DNA from: Gnetum montanum
Lineage: Eukaryota; Plantae; Gnetophyta
Length of the DNA stretch: 63,664 bases
NCBI GenBank assembly: GCA_015680685.1
Contig: MNCI01001817.1
Span: 1,083,532 to 1,147,195 of the forward strand
Direction: 5' to 3'
The notes under the pieces were generated by a model. That model did no database searches. It was given only the letters and a program-made list of their open reading frames with translations, and had not been told where the DNA came from. The translations under genes and the position numbers were made by a program. Shown in pieces: positions 11,528-24,751 of the stretch. Each line of letters starts with the position of its first letter. Position 1 is the first letter of the stretch.

Positions 11528-12590
11528 TCAACCATTGATACGCAATTGTCTCTTGATGGCCTTTACATTGAGCGTTGCGTAAGGGCGAGGAGACTTATGG
11601 TTTGACTCCTCTACGCTGCCATCCGGAAATGGCAGGTCGGCCCAAGCTAGATCGTCATTATTGCTGTCAGCCTGTTGAGGGGTTTGGAGATAGGTTTGAT
11701 CATCAGTCGTTTCTATCTCTAAACCCCGTTCTTCTTCAATGTTATTGACGGTCGTGGGGGTGATTTTGTCACCGCGTATCACAACTTCCCCTCTGGCATA
11801 AGGAAGGTGTATCTCGTGGTGTATCGGTGATGAAACCGTCCTCAGCTGGGCAAACCATGACCTCCCCAAGATCAGGTTGAACCCCGGCATCTCCTCGATG
11901 ACTAAGAAAGTGGCCTCTCTTGGGAATTGATCCCCTGCCACAAACTCAATACGCACCGTCCCCTNNNNNNNNNNNNNNNNNNNNNNNNNNNNNNNNNNNN
12001 NNNNNNNNNNNNNNNNNNNNNNNNNNNNNNNNNNNNNNNNNNNNNNNNNNNNNNNNNNNNNNNNNNNNNNNNNNNNNNNNNNNNNNNNNNTCTACGCGCA
12101 CTCTCCGGATCCGGTATTGACCGACCCGGATGGTGATGAACATAGGTTCAGTTGTGACCTGACCTTTCTCAGGATCGTCTTTGATAGACTCATCGTGGAA
12201 GGTCAGCGAGGTAGGCGTAGGTTGCTCAGCTTCAGAAGGAAACATGATAGCATGTATCGCTTCCTCCTCCGCTGGCAAGCTTTCATCCACTGATATGGAT
12301 GTGAGCATGCAAACCATAACATCACGGTGCTCTTGAGACGTCATAAGCAGGTCATAAAGGCTCAGGGTTGTGTTTTTTTGTTTGAGAGCCTGTTTAACTT
12401 GCGTAAATGCGTCGAGGAGGTCCTTCTCTCGGCTAGTTTGTTTATCCCCCTTGTCCTCTTCCATTCGGCCCAGGAGACGAATCTCCCAAGGTAGAGTGGT
12501 GTTAGTCGGGGGGCTGTTCTTTTTCTTGCCAAGAGAAGGCAGTTGTGTTTTCGCACCTTTATCCTGCCCCTGAGGTACAGGCGAAGGCAC
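11528..12590 (-). pseudogene. pol: Aspartic protease region of element 1 (active site in N gap), ending in a stop
   Basis: PMFITIRVGQYRIRRVRV then FLVIEEMPGFNLILGRSWF...VSSPIHHEIHLP...VVIRGD. Confidence 0.85.
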
Positions 12591-12649
12591 AGAGGCCAGG
12601 GGCCTAGGCTTAGGGAAGCCAAGCGTAGAATGGTCTTTCGTTGCATTAA

Positions 12650-15320
12650 CTAATGTGTCCTTTCCCTTTCGCTTGGGAGGTGACAGTTGACGCTTCTGGT
12701 TGGAGGTCTACCCCTACGTAAGAGGAGTAGCTTGTGGTCTTGGTGCCCTAATAATGAAGGGCACCTTAGGCATGGGCACGGACGAGGCCGCGGCTTGACT
12801 GTCGCTGTGTGACTGAGGGTGTATCCAAGAAGGTGCCCGTATAATGAAGGGTGGTCTCGAGACCCCACTGGCTTTCGATGAAATGGTTGGCCCCCTTTGT
12901 GAGCTGGCAGGGACACGCAAAACAAAAGGTTGTTTTGGTGGTTCCCTCCTCCCACTGTCCATACTTACCACAGTGATTGTATAAGGATCATTGTTTGCGT
13001 TCAACGGGTCCTTATATACGTGCAATGTTTGGTTTTCGGGACGCGTCGGGTTGCTGCTGTCTAACTTGAGTGAACCATCGTCCAACATACGTTGAATCTC
13101 GTCTTTCAACGCCCAACAGTAATCCGTATCATGACCACACAGCTGGTGGTAGTCACAAAAACAGTCTAGCCTGAAAGACCTCGGAACTGGTGGTTCATTA
13201 GGTAAGGCTAAAGAAGGGTTCTTCAGCAGTTCACAATGACATCTGTGATGCTTCAGAGCTTCCTCGGACACCTTCTTAGGTTGAATGTGCCCTACCCCTA
13301 ACAGTTGTTTCAGCAGTTCGGAATGCTTTACAGGTAAAGCCGTATACTTTGAGCGATCCTTACGCTCAAAGTTTGGCTTAGGCTAGGGGGGTCCTTCAAG
13401 GGCAGTTGTGTCTTGGCTGGTGCTGGCACCAGCCGTGGTTTCAGGAGGCACCGTGGGTGCCTTCTTGTTCTTAGTCTTTGTACCCTCAGTCATCGCAACT
13501 ACTGTCATTGTCGCTGCTTTACCTTTATCTTTGCTCTTGTTATGTGCATTCCTGTAGGCGACATACGTCGGGTCCTTGCTAGCCTTCGCAGCATCTTGGA
13601 TACTTCTAGTTTGAGCAAAGGCCTGATGCAAAGAGTTGGGGGAAAGATAATACAGCTTCGACTTAATAAAGTCGTTGACTACTCCCTTGAATATAGCGAG
13701 CAGATGTGAGTCTGCGATTGGCTCGCGGATCTCATTCAAGGTAGCATTTTAGCGCTGTATGAACTTTTGGATGGGTTCGAGCGGGTCTTGCTTCACCCCC
13801 ATGAGCTGATCCAATGTGACTTCCGGTTTCAAGTTGTATTTGAAGCGGGTCACAAATTGGGTCAACAGCTCTTCCAAGGTTGAGATGGAAGAGTGTGGGA
13901 GGGCTCGGTACCAATCCAAAGCTTTCCCTATTAGAGACATTGCAAAGACTCGGATGATGGTGTGTGGCCACTGTTGCAACAACAAGAACTTAGATCTAAA
14001 CGTGACCAAGTGAGTGTTGGGATCTCCCTCCGCATTGTACTTGGTAAAATGAGGCAGAGACATCCCTGGCGGTAATGACAGCATAGGGACCGCTAGACTA
14101 ATCAGATCATCCTGGTAAAAGTCCATGATCTGAATAGTATCAGAACCAGCGGCTTTGAGGCATCAAACCTCCTCGGTGAGAGTCTGTATAAGCTGGAAGG
14201 CTTGGTCCAGACCTATTGATGGAGGTGTCTGTGCAGAAGGCATAGGAGGTTGGACCGGGAGGGCAGCGCTAGGGAACAGAAACGATGGGAGAGGTTAACT
14301 GGCTACTTGTGGGGCAGGGATCCCTACAGGTGGAGGGGCGTGTGAAGACCACCACCCACTGGTTTGCAAAGCGGGGTTAGCCGCCACCTGTTGCGTAAGA
14401 TAAGGATAGATATACTACGGGACCACCTGTGGAGCTTGTATTGCGGGTGCAACGGAAGGTTGCACACCATACAGCGCGGATTGGTTGTATTGCGCTATAG
14501 GGTTGGGGCACTGACTTGCAGCAGGTTGTTGGATGTATGTTTGTGGCTGAACAGCTGCGATGATCTGTTGATTTGGAGGGGGCGGGGATGGTAAAATCTG
14601 TGCTAGGTGAGTTGTTGATATGGTGTGAGGTCATATCTGAGGGATGAAATGGGGCGCGGTGGTCGCCGGGACCACTGGTGGAATGCTGAGAACTCGTGAC
14701 GATGCAACTGCCCCCATATTATTGTGGGGCACTTGCACTAGTAGCCTAGATGGCTGCACAATGGCTTGTGGGATGATGGGGACATGCATCTATGTAGTTA
14801 TGGCCGAGTCAAGAGGAGCGGCCTCTTCGTTGAAAGGAAACAGGGGATTTACGTACGTGTTGGGGCTCAGGGTATGGAACGAATGTTCTGACTGGGCTGC
14901 CAATTCATCCTCTTCCTCATCCCCACTCTGGGGTTCCCCCACAGCTTATGCAGCTTGGCCCTTGGCCATGACCAACTGTGTAATGAGTTCATGTTGGTGT
15001 TCGGTCAAGGGAATGATGTCGTAAGTTGTTGGCTTGAAATCATGGCCCCCTCGGTGGACCACCTCAAAGTTTCGTTTCGCTTCGACTTTGGCTCGGCTAA
15101 GAGCTAGCTTCGCCTGGATCTTAACACATATAAAGTTGTATTCTTTAGGGGTTATGACCATGAAGATAGGCTCTTTTCCCTGAAGTCTCAATGATCGGCG
15201 CAATGGCCCTTGAGATCCTGTTGCGCCAGGAGCTGGTCTGGCAACCGCGATAGGGTTCACAGATGTGGCACCCAAATCGGCAGGGACCATGGTGGTTGTG
15301 GTCGTGTACAAGGAATCCAT
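12650..15320 (-). pseudogene. gag: gag of element 1 (fragmented)
   Basis: PHFTKYNAEGDPNTHL, SLIGKALDWY, VKQDPLEPIQKFIQR, Tat-type knuckle CDYHQLCGHDTDYCWALKDEIQ. Confidence 0.9.
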
Positions 15321-15542
15321 TAAGCTATGAGATTAACGATAACCAGTAATCAGATCTAAGAAATGGGTGGCAACAAAAAAACACGAATAGGCTTTCTACC
15401 CTGCAGGATTCCAAAGAAATCGTCCTTGTGATCGATCTATACCACACGGTTTGCCGTAAACTTCCTTAGAGGTATTACGTCTACGGTTTAGGGTATGGAC
15501 CGCTAACAGGGTTACCCGAAATATTCGGATCAAAGCCTTCAG

Positions 15543-15560
15543 GCCCTCCTTCTAGCGCTA
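15543..15560 (-). other. Primer binding site, tRNA-Asn
   Basis: Minus strand TAGCGCTAGAAGGAGGGC, one mismatch to the complement of the plant tRNA-Asn(GTT) 3' end GCCCTCCTTCTAGCGCCA. Confidence 0.85.
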
Positions 15561-15566
15561 GAAAAC

Positions 15567-17122
15567 TATAACGACAGAAAACGTTGGTAGCTGGAAAATA
15601 CCAAACAAAATCCCATGTACACAGTTTTGACCATGGATCCGTGCGAGGGCTATGCTGGAAAAACAAATCCGTGGCACCCTGAACGGTCTTGTCGATCAGA
15701 CAAGGACTTACTAATCAATAAACTGATGAATATCTCGTGGAACGATCTGATTTGAGGAATCGCAAAATGAGGGGAAAACGACGTAGACAAATTGTAACGA
15801 TGATAACACTAAACACGATAAGAAGAGGGTAACACAAGAGAAACACGTAGTTTCAACATCTACACTTTGACTTGAAAGATGTATATTTTATATGCCTCGT
15901 TACACTAGGGAGACCCCGGTTACTGGATGTAAAGCAAACACAAAACAACAACGAAACTGTCCAAATGGAAGTCCGGTCTACCTCGTGGGCTAAAGCTGGG
16001 ATGCAAGGAAGGTCAAGCTCTGACATCTATCGATCAACTGTTTCTGACCAATAGAGCCTGTGAACCGTGCAAGATGATCCCACGATCTTGGATATGCTTC
16101 TTTCTCCTTAGGTGGTTTCTGTTTAGGACGGCCAGTGGTTGCTGATGGAGAAAATTATGTCTTCCCCAAAGAACGATTACTCTTGTTGCCGATGCTCATG
16201 CGAACAACGCTCTATCTCTGCTGTAAGGTGATACTGTCAACAATTGCCAAAATGCTTCTCTCTATATCTCTGCTCAAAAGTGATAAGTGCTCCAATGCTC
16301 AGAAAATTCCTTTGCTTCTTTGACTTGCCAACCCCTGTATCTTTGTCAACTGGGGTATTTATAGGCTGCGATGCTCTGTGGAAAAGGCGCAACCCTGATG
16401 ACGTGTGTCCCGAATGTTTCGGGTACTGTTGGTTTGACCATTTTTGTGTCAGATTTCATGACTACGCACAATACGCTTATTTGCGTATTGTGCATGTAAA
16501 GAATAAATGCACGTCGGGCGTGTTTCAACTATCTTTGGGTTATATTACGCTCATTCACGCTACATTGCGTGCACGAGCGTAACATAACATGGAAACAGTG
16601 GATTCAAGCTGTTTTACGCTCGCTTACGCGGCCGCGCGTAATGAAGCGTAAAACAATGTTTAGCTTGGCGGTGCAATACGCTGTGATACACTACATTGCG
16701 TGATGAGCGTATCATGAGCAATCGCACTTTCTTAGACTTTACCTTTGACTGTTTTGGAACTTATTACGCTGCCGTGCGTAACAGAGCGTAAACCTGGCCT
16801 TGAACAAAAGACTTAGCAAAATATACAAGAAGTCGCATATTACGCTGCTCAAGCCTCTCCCTATGCCAAAGTAACTAGCCTTCTGATGTCGGGCTATGTT
16901 TAAACAGAATCATGCTAAGCGCCATTATGCTACATCACGTGGTATAGCGTAAACAGAGAAAACATGGTAAGATTAGGAATCTACACAAGAATTTGAAGAC
17001 TTGATGCTATGTGCCTCTTGGTATTGATCTATCTTATTCTCCCATCTGGAATTCTGGCATGCGCCCTTGCCTGAATTGCGGATCTTTGCCTAAGGCCGAC
17101 TCACAATTTTCATGGTGTTTCA
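15567..17122 (-). repeat. 5' LTR of element 1 (~1.56 kb)
   Basis: Repeat of 1-1400; minus-strand TATA CTATAAATA at 16356-16364; left terminus next to the PBS, with TG decayed to TA. Confidence 0.9.
16460..16952. promoter_or_regulatory. U3 array of palindromic TACGC/GCGTA modules
   Basis: 16 TACGC/GCGTA pentamers counted in ~490 bp, arranged as TTACGC..ACGC..GCGT..GCGTAA modules. Confidence 0.7.
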
Positions 17123-17129
17123 ATGCTAA

Positions 17130-18325
17130 AACTACATTAGCCAACGTAGTCCAAGCTTGCTCCAACACAATTACAACATGGATTTTGAATTTTGGTGTAA
17201 TTCTATGGTTGATCGACTAGATTTTCAAGTTCTAAGGTTACTAGTGTTGAAAACTAGGGTTACGGGCCTAAAATTGTTAGTTTTGATGATCAATTTAATG
17301 TCACAATAGTCAAACACCATTGGACTACACTACCCAGAATAGTCATAGTGTGGATGTGGTGTATGATGATTTTTGACCATTTTTTTACTAAGGTTGTAGG
17401 GTTTAGAGGTCTCTAGAATCTTCAATAGGGTTTTGGGGCTGACAAAATGTACTAAGAAGTTGATAATTCATTTTGATGTTTTGAAAGTATGACTATGTTG
17501 GGACTATGCTAGCTAGCATAGTAACAAGTCCCCTTAATGTAGTCACATAATAAAAATGAAATTTGGCTTATTTCTACTTCACAATTTATTGATGTAAGGT
17601 CATTAGAGGTCCTAAAGGAGTTTTGAGATTAAGATACTTAAAATTTTAGAGGTTTTTATTTGATTTTGGCACTCCACCTTCACCTGACTACACTAGGACT
17701 ATGTTGGCCAACATAGTCAGGGCCATTCCTAGCATAGTTCAAGATGGAAGATAACATTCGACTAGTTTTTGCTTTGTTATTTGTCATTTCAGGCTTACTA
17801 ATATCCATGGAAAGGAGTAGTGTCCATGATATGTTGTTTTAGCTACTATTTTTGGTTTCTAGTGGCCATCCTCCACCCATCTACTCTAGGACTATGCTAG
17901 CCAACATAGTCTAGGCCTATCCTTAGCATTGTCACAAGTTTTGAGTGGAGTTTGACTTGTTGCAAGTTAGTTGTTTACTATTTCAATGCTACTAGAGGCT
18001 TTAGGGTGAATTTGATGTCAAAATATGTTAGTTTGAAGGATATTTTAGGTATTTAATGGTTATTTCTTTCTCAACTACTGGTGATTATGCTATCTAGAAT
18101 AGTTGAGACCTCCCCCAGCATAGTTCATGTAAGAAAATTAGGTTTTGATGTTTTTTTGGCATGTTTCATGCAATTATGGAGCTGCTGGAGGTCCTGGTTA
18201 GGTTTTAATGTATGGAGTTATCATTCAAGAGTCAATTGGGAGTTTAGTTAATGGTTGGAAACATCCTCCTATTGGTGACTATGCTAGCCAATGTAATCAG
18301 GTTGCTGGTTAGCATAGTTGCAGTA
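17130..18325. repeat. ~190 bp degenerate tandem repeat with palindromic core GACTATGCTAGCCAACATAGTC
   Basis: Cores near 17130, 17322, 17501, 17696, 17889, 18082 and 18276. Confidence 0.75.
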
Positions 18326-21300
18326 ATTTTCGGTATGGGTTTCTACCTACCTCATTAGACAATTTTCATCAATTTCAACAGCTAGTTTCTTGTCTTGGGC
18401 ATAAGGTTTCATGACATGGATGGGTAGTTTTGAGATGGTTTTTGGTAGTAGCTTGGTTTTGCAATTCATTTCAAGGATTCTAGATGCTTGAAACCCAACG
18501 TAATCACCCTAGGAAACTAAAAACCCAAGTGTGTTAGGATTTCCATTGGATTTCTTCCTAGCCACCTAGTGGGACCCACCTTGAATTTGAATTTTTTCAT
18601 GCATTAGTTTCCCACTAACCGAGCATAGTCCTAATTACTAATTGTGATCATTGAGTTCAATGGAACTTAGGTGAGTGTTTTGGAAAACCAGGGTTTTCCA
18701 AGGGGGTGCATAAGTATGGGAGTGATTTTCAAGAAACAACTCTATCCTAGCTTGTCCCACTTTCTTTTCTTACTACTCTCAAACTTTATCATCTTAGATT
18801 AGAGCTTTGAATCTATCCTAGATTCTACCACTTTCATTCCCAACATAGTTAAGTTTTTCTACCCTAAGAGGCTAGTGTAGTTGTTGTAGAAGGCTATAGA
18901 AGCTCCAAAATTTTAGTTGTTCCTACATTGATTGCCACCATGTTGAGGAGATAAGCTTCCATCACTAAGAACCTTACCCTAGAGGAAGTTGACACTACTA
19001 CCCTAGGCCTCTCTAGTCTTCCATGGCTAGTTATTACTAAGAGCTCCAACACCATGATGCCTAGGTACAAAAATTCTAGTATTTTCTTGCAAAATTTCAC
19101 TAGAATCCTAAGCATTTTTGGTCATGATGGTTTGTGCATTTGTTTTTTTTTTTAATTTTTTAAAAATCCTATATTAGATTTAGGTTATTTCTATGGGTTT
19201 TGATGTTGCTTTGGTTGTGGGATTGGTCTATGTTGAGTTAAAAAATTATTTCTATTGTTTTTAGTCATTTTCATGTGTTTTGGAGCAAAAAGGAAATACC
19301 ACTTTTGTATTTTTTATATTTTAAAAGGTTTAGAGTTTTTAGTTATTGTGGCCTTCTAGTTATCATACTATATTTAGTGGTCAAATGGATTTTTGAACCA
19401 CCTAATTCTAACCTACGATTAATTCTCTATGAATTTTTCTATAAGATAGTGCAAAGTGGATTTTTAGTTTTGGCCATTTTTTACATGGTACTTTGGTAAT
19501 TTTTCATGTTTGAATGGAAGAATTCTTGGTCAAGTGTGAGTTTTGGCCATGAAAACTACAAACCTCTCTGTCTATACAGGTAGCATTGGTGCTAGTGTTA
19601 TGTTTGATTTTTATGTTTAAAGGTTCATGAAGCTATTTACATGTTGTATTTTTAGTTCTAAATAGTCATTTTGAATTTCTAGAAAATTTTAACTAGCCTA
19701 CCTAGAGATTTTACTATGGCTAATTTCACTATTAACTAGGGTGCTTAGCAAAATTTTGCAAAATCCAAGTTGGTGTTTTGACTATTGTAGTTGGTACAAG
19801 CTATTTTTCATGTTTTTTTTGTTTCTACATAAAAATTTTCACAATGTTTATGCATATCTTAGCATGAAAATTACAAACAATTGTCAGTAAGTCACTTGGT
19901 TGTACATGGTGTTTAGTTAAAAGTTGGTCCTAGCTTTGGTTTTGGTTTTAAGTGTTGCAACTATAGTTTGGTTGTTGTGGAATGGCAACATTAGCATTAA
20001 AGTTATTGTAATTTTGGCTATTTAAAGTTTGATTATATTTAGTTATGTTTACTTATGGTTGAAAATATTGTTATTATTGTGTGTAGGGCCTTCCTCAAGC
20101 CCATCTTGGTGGTGATAGAGTTGGTGGGATTGCTATGTTGCATCCACACCCTAGGGTGAGTGTGGCTACTTATGGTTTTGGCCAAGGGCACAAGAGTTAT
20201 TGGCCTTCCTACTATAGAACTTTAGTGTGATGATATGGTCACACTTATCAACCCACATAATTGTTGTCATTGTTGAGACCTTGCTACCTTGATCTTCTAG
20301 CTTGATCATCAAGTTCATAGAAGATGATCCTGAGACATGCATAGAGGGCAAGGTGCTTAATAACAATCGTACAAGGGGAACTTGTAAGTTGTCTAAGATT
20401 TGGGACATGCCAGAGTTCAACTTCTATAATGCTAACAACATTTTGCTAGTTTGACACTAGGCCAACACGTTGTTTTAAAACCCTTCTAATACAGTCTACC
20501 ATGTGGAAAGGTAAGCATGGTTTTGAGTTTTTATCTTTCGATGCTTTAATTATTGGTTTTACTAGGCTATTTCATTTTAACATTTCTTCTTGTGTACTTG
20601 TAAGTACAAGGTGGATGACAAAGGGTTAGTTAAGCATGACTAGCTCCTACCCTTAGCCTAAACATTGGAGGTTTTTGCCAGAAGCCTCATAGTAAGGCTT
20701 ATGATGGTGAAGCAACATAGAGGAGACCTAAGTAGATATACCACATGTTACTCCAAAGCCTACCAATTTTGTATAGCTAATGGGACAATGCATGGCTAGT
20801 GGGATAAGTCAAATATTTTCCTCATACCCATTGAAGGCTCCTTCAATACTCTTCAAGTAGGAAAGATAAGAGTTATATTTTTGTTTTTTTTTCATGTCAA
20901 TGTTTTTTCATGGTTCTATGGTTGTAGGTTACTTAGGCTTTAAGTATCTAAATAGTTTTACTCATAATGTTTGGCTATAAGTTTTGTTTTAATGTTGATT
21001 ATACTTGTTATATTTTGGTTTTACGCATCTATGCCTAAGCAAATTGGCCTCTTGTTGTATTGTAGATGCTAGCACCTCCTCCCCTGTCATACTTGTTATT
21101 TTAGGATGCTCCAAGGAGACTTTGATTTTCAAGTAAGAGGAGGTGGATTTAGTGTGGTAGTGGTTGACTAGTAGGGTGCCCAAACATATCCAAGTAAAAT
21201 TTCCTAATTTAGGTTTACTTGATCTATTCATGACCCCTAGCTCCACTGTTCCTGTCTTTGAGATGATGAACATCATTGACTCCTTTGACCAAGGAGTGAA

Positions 21301-23043
21301 GAAGTTCATCATCTAGATTCATGATGTGCCTATTACCTTGGCCATTAATAAATCCATCTTTAGTGATCTTTTTGGCATTACTCATGAAGGATTATAGGTT
21401 TTCACTAAGGCAGGTAAAGATGTAGAGCACCAAAAGGAGGTGAAGGAATGGCTAGGCACTCACCGTGATTACAAGGGGTTTTCTCTTAGCTAATTTAAGG
21501 TTGAAGAGGCTAGGGAGGCATAACCCTTATTCTACTCTAAGGGGTTCCCAAATCTACTATCTCAAGAAAATATCATGGGGATTGAGTAGGAATGAACCAT
21601 GAGGAAGCTCCATATAGAGGATGCTCAATTCAATTGGGTTGGTCACTTAGTTTTTGGGCTTCATGGTGAAATCCTCAAACTCCATGATAACCTCACAACA
21701 AAATGCCACATGCATTATGCATTCTTCACAACATATTTGAGGAGGTTCATGGAGTTCCTAGTGGTGAGGAAGGATGGAAAATGGATAAGCCAAGATCCAT
21801 TCTAACTTTTCAAGCCATGGGATAAACATTTTTATCCCACTATGTAGGCTCAGAACCAGCTAGAGGACATTGGGGAGTTACTATCTATTACCACTAAGGC
21901 ACTTAGTGATAGGTGTTGTGTTTCCCCTAATAGCACATGGATTGAGCCCCATGTTGTGCATGGAGATGTAGAGTGGACTAGGACATTATGGTCTAAAGCT
22001 GATGGTTCAGCTAAAGCCAAACTAAAGAGGCCCATGGTTGAGACAAAAGTAATAGTCATTGAGAAACCCTCTAAGAGGAGGTTCATGGTGAGACTTGGCC
22101 AAGTAGGTGACATGGTCATGGATATGGTTTAATTTATTTAGATTACTTTATCTTATTATGTTTTTTATTATTGGGTTATATTTTTATTGTGTTTTATGCA
22201 AGATATGCCAAGTCATACCATGTTTTGTCCTTGTTGTTATTGCAAGCAAACAACAAGAGTTAGCAGCTTAGATAGTAATAATGATGACTAGAGGAGGGGA
22301 TCCTATAATGCCATGAGGATGAAGGATTATCCAATGTCTCATTAGATGACCTTAAGACCATATTTGATCTTTCATAGCTAGGTGAACCCCCTATCATTGT
22401 CCTAGATGATCCTCTAGGTGCGCATGCCTTTGTTTCATATGTTTAAGTTATGTTGTTTTGTGATTAAGCTTGGTCTTAATAGTTTTTTGGTTGTTATGCT
22501 TACCTTAAACCATTGAACCTTAGCCTACTACCTCCACCACCACATTCTACATGAAGCCATGTATTGACATTCCTAATAAGAGGGAGTTCATGTGGGGGAT
22601 AGGAGAGGATATGATTGATCAATTACACTAGGTTGCTCCCAATATGGGTAAGTACTTAGTTGATATTTCACTTTATATTTTTTTTCTTTATGGATATATT
22701 GTTTTAGTTATTATTTTTTTTATCCTTTGGTCATTGGGTTACTTATCCTTTTTACTTATTTTTTGTTGTTTTTAGTGCCTAAGCGAATGGGATCCTAACT
22801 ACCCCCTTGAGATTGATGCTTTACCCAGCCTATCATCCAATGTAGAGAATGTACCATGAAACTTATATGAAAGTGTCACTACTTGTGCATTTTCATGTGC
22901 CAAAACTTTGTGGAAAATTCAACACTCCAATGAGTTCCTATGGGAATGTATTGTAGCATTAGAAAAAGAAAACAAGAGGCTAGTTGGGGCTAATAAGGAT
23001 CTCAAGGATGGTAAGGAATTTGTGGAGGTCCAAGTAGCTAATA

Positions 23044-24751
23044 GGAGTTCTAAAACACCACCAAGATTTGCATGTTATGATCATATTTCTTCATGTAGCC
23101 TTCACCCCATGAAACCAGAGGCAAAACTTCATTGTAAACATGGAGGTCATAGCCCATGAGGGGCAGTCTCACGCATTTCATACTTTTTGGACTAAAAATG
23201 CCTCATAAGTAGTCAAAGCCTCATCCCCCAAGTGGAAGAAGTCATGTAATGTATATATTTGATCTTGGAGGGATTAAAAATTCCTTTTAGAATGCCAAAA
23301 GAGGCATTTGGATGGGTTTTATGGGGGGTACAACACTTTCAACACTGGAAATGCATGTAGGGTGATGTAGTTCACCTACCCCCAACATGAAGGGGTAGAT
23401 CTCACCAACTCCTACTATGGAAGATGTGGCATTCATCGTGCACATCATGAAGGGGGATTTGACCTTCCCCCGAGTGTGGATGACCTACCTCCAATATGGA
23501 TTCATGAGGGTGAAACTCACCTACCTCCAACATAGATGCATGGGAGTGCAACTCACCTACCACTAGTAAGGAGGTGTAGATCTCACCTATCCTTAGCATG
23601 GAGGGGTACGGGTCACCTACCCCCAACTTCAAGGAGTCAATCCTAGCATGGAGGGGTGTAAGGGATGGGTCTCACCTACCCCCTAGTATAGAGGGGGGGG
23701 GGGGGGGGGGGGGGATGGGATGCAGAGGGTTCAGGGTTCAGGGGGTAATGCTTAGCGTAGAGGGGTATGACCCTCATCCCTAGCATTCATCCTTCATTCC
23801 CCCAATATTGACACCTCCTCCCTAGTGTAGAACTAGCATGGCCAAGATTTCAATGTTTCATAAACCCCAACAAGGATCCTGCAATGCCAGTGTAGAAGGT
23901 TAAAGGCCTAACATGGAAGAACAATGCTAGTGTGGAATGTGTGCCTCCATTACTATTTTTGGTAAATGGAATGGCCATGGGGGTATGAAATTTACTATAT
24001 ATGGTAATCCCCCAAATGTTTTCACCTACCCCACCTAAAATGTAATAGAAATTTGCAGCCAATTTGTAGAAGTTTTGTAGCCCAATTTGCAGCAAAAATT
24101 AAGGCCAAAACCCTATATAAACCAACCCCAAAAATCATTTTTAGGTTCCACCCCCTAGGCATTAATATACTTTGTCATTCTAGGCATCTAAGAGCTCTTA
24201 CAAACCTACAAAAAATGTAGCTTCTTGGATCTATTTAGCATGAAAACCCTACAACCATTATTACCCCCATTATCCACTTGAAATTTGTGAACCTTGGGTG
24301 TCAATGTTGCCCTCCCATGGAAATCCCAACTCCTAGCATGGAGTGTCTTGGCCATCCAAATCCTTCACATTTCTCAACCCCCAGTAGTAACCAAAATTAT
24401 AGATCTAAAGTGATAGTAAAGGAAGCTCAAGAGCATTGGGAGTGGTAGAGATACTAGATCATGAAGTTGATCATAGCTTCAATGGGCTCTAAACCCTTGT
24501 CCAAGTGAACCCCCCTTACCTTCCTCATGGGCACAAATGTTGTACACATCTCTAAACTCATTATTTTTTATTTAATAAAGTTTATAGTTTCATTTTGTCT
24601 ATAATTTCAGATTTAATTGTTGTATTTTTAGTGCATTATTTTATAGATCTGCACCTCTTTACTTTGTTACCTCCATTTTGCACCCCCCTAAGTCCCTCGA
24701 TGATCTACTAAACTGTCTAAGGTACCCTAAATCCCCTATTTTTGGAGGCCC
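23044..24751. mobile_element. Probable non-autonomous DNA-transposon insertion splitting exon 7 of the element-2 cargo gene
   Basis: Coding homology stops at ~23043 and resumes at ~24752; TA on both flanks; imperfect inverted ends GGAGTTCTAAAA / TTTTGGAGGCCC; internal ~43 bp repeats and a G22 run. Confidence 0.45.
23340..23790. repeat. ~43 bp tandem repeat (CTCACCTACCCCCAACATGGAGGGG core) with poly-G at 23693-23714
   Basis: Repeated TCACCTACC units; 22 consecutive G. Confidence 0.8.

Larger units (their letters stand above)
1..17122 (-). mobile_element. Element 1: Ty3/gypsy Tat-clade (Ogre/Retand-type) LTR retrotransposon; left LTR truncated by window edge
   Basis: Direct repeats 1-1400 and 15645-17122 (offset 15644; 7 differences in the first 120 bp, all transitions); tRNA-Asn PBS; PPT; domain order gag-PROT-(5 kb spacer)-RT-RH-aRH-INT on the minus strand. 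Confidence 0.95.
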
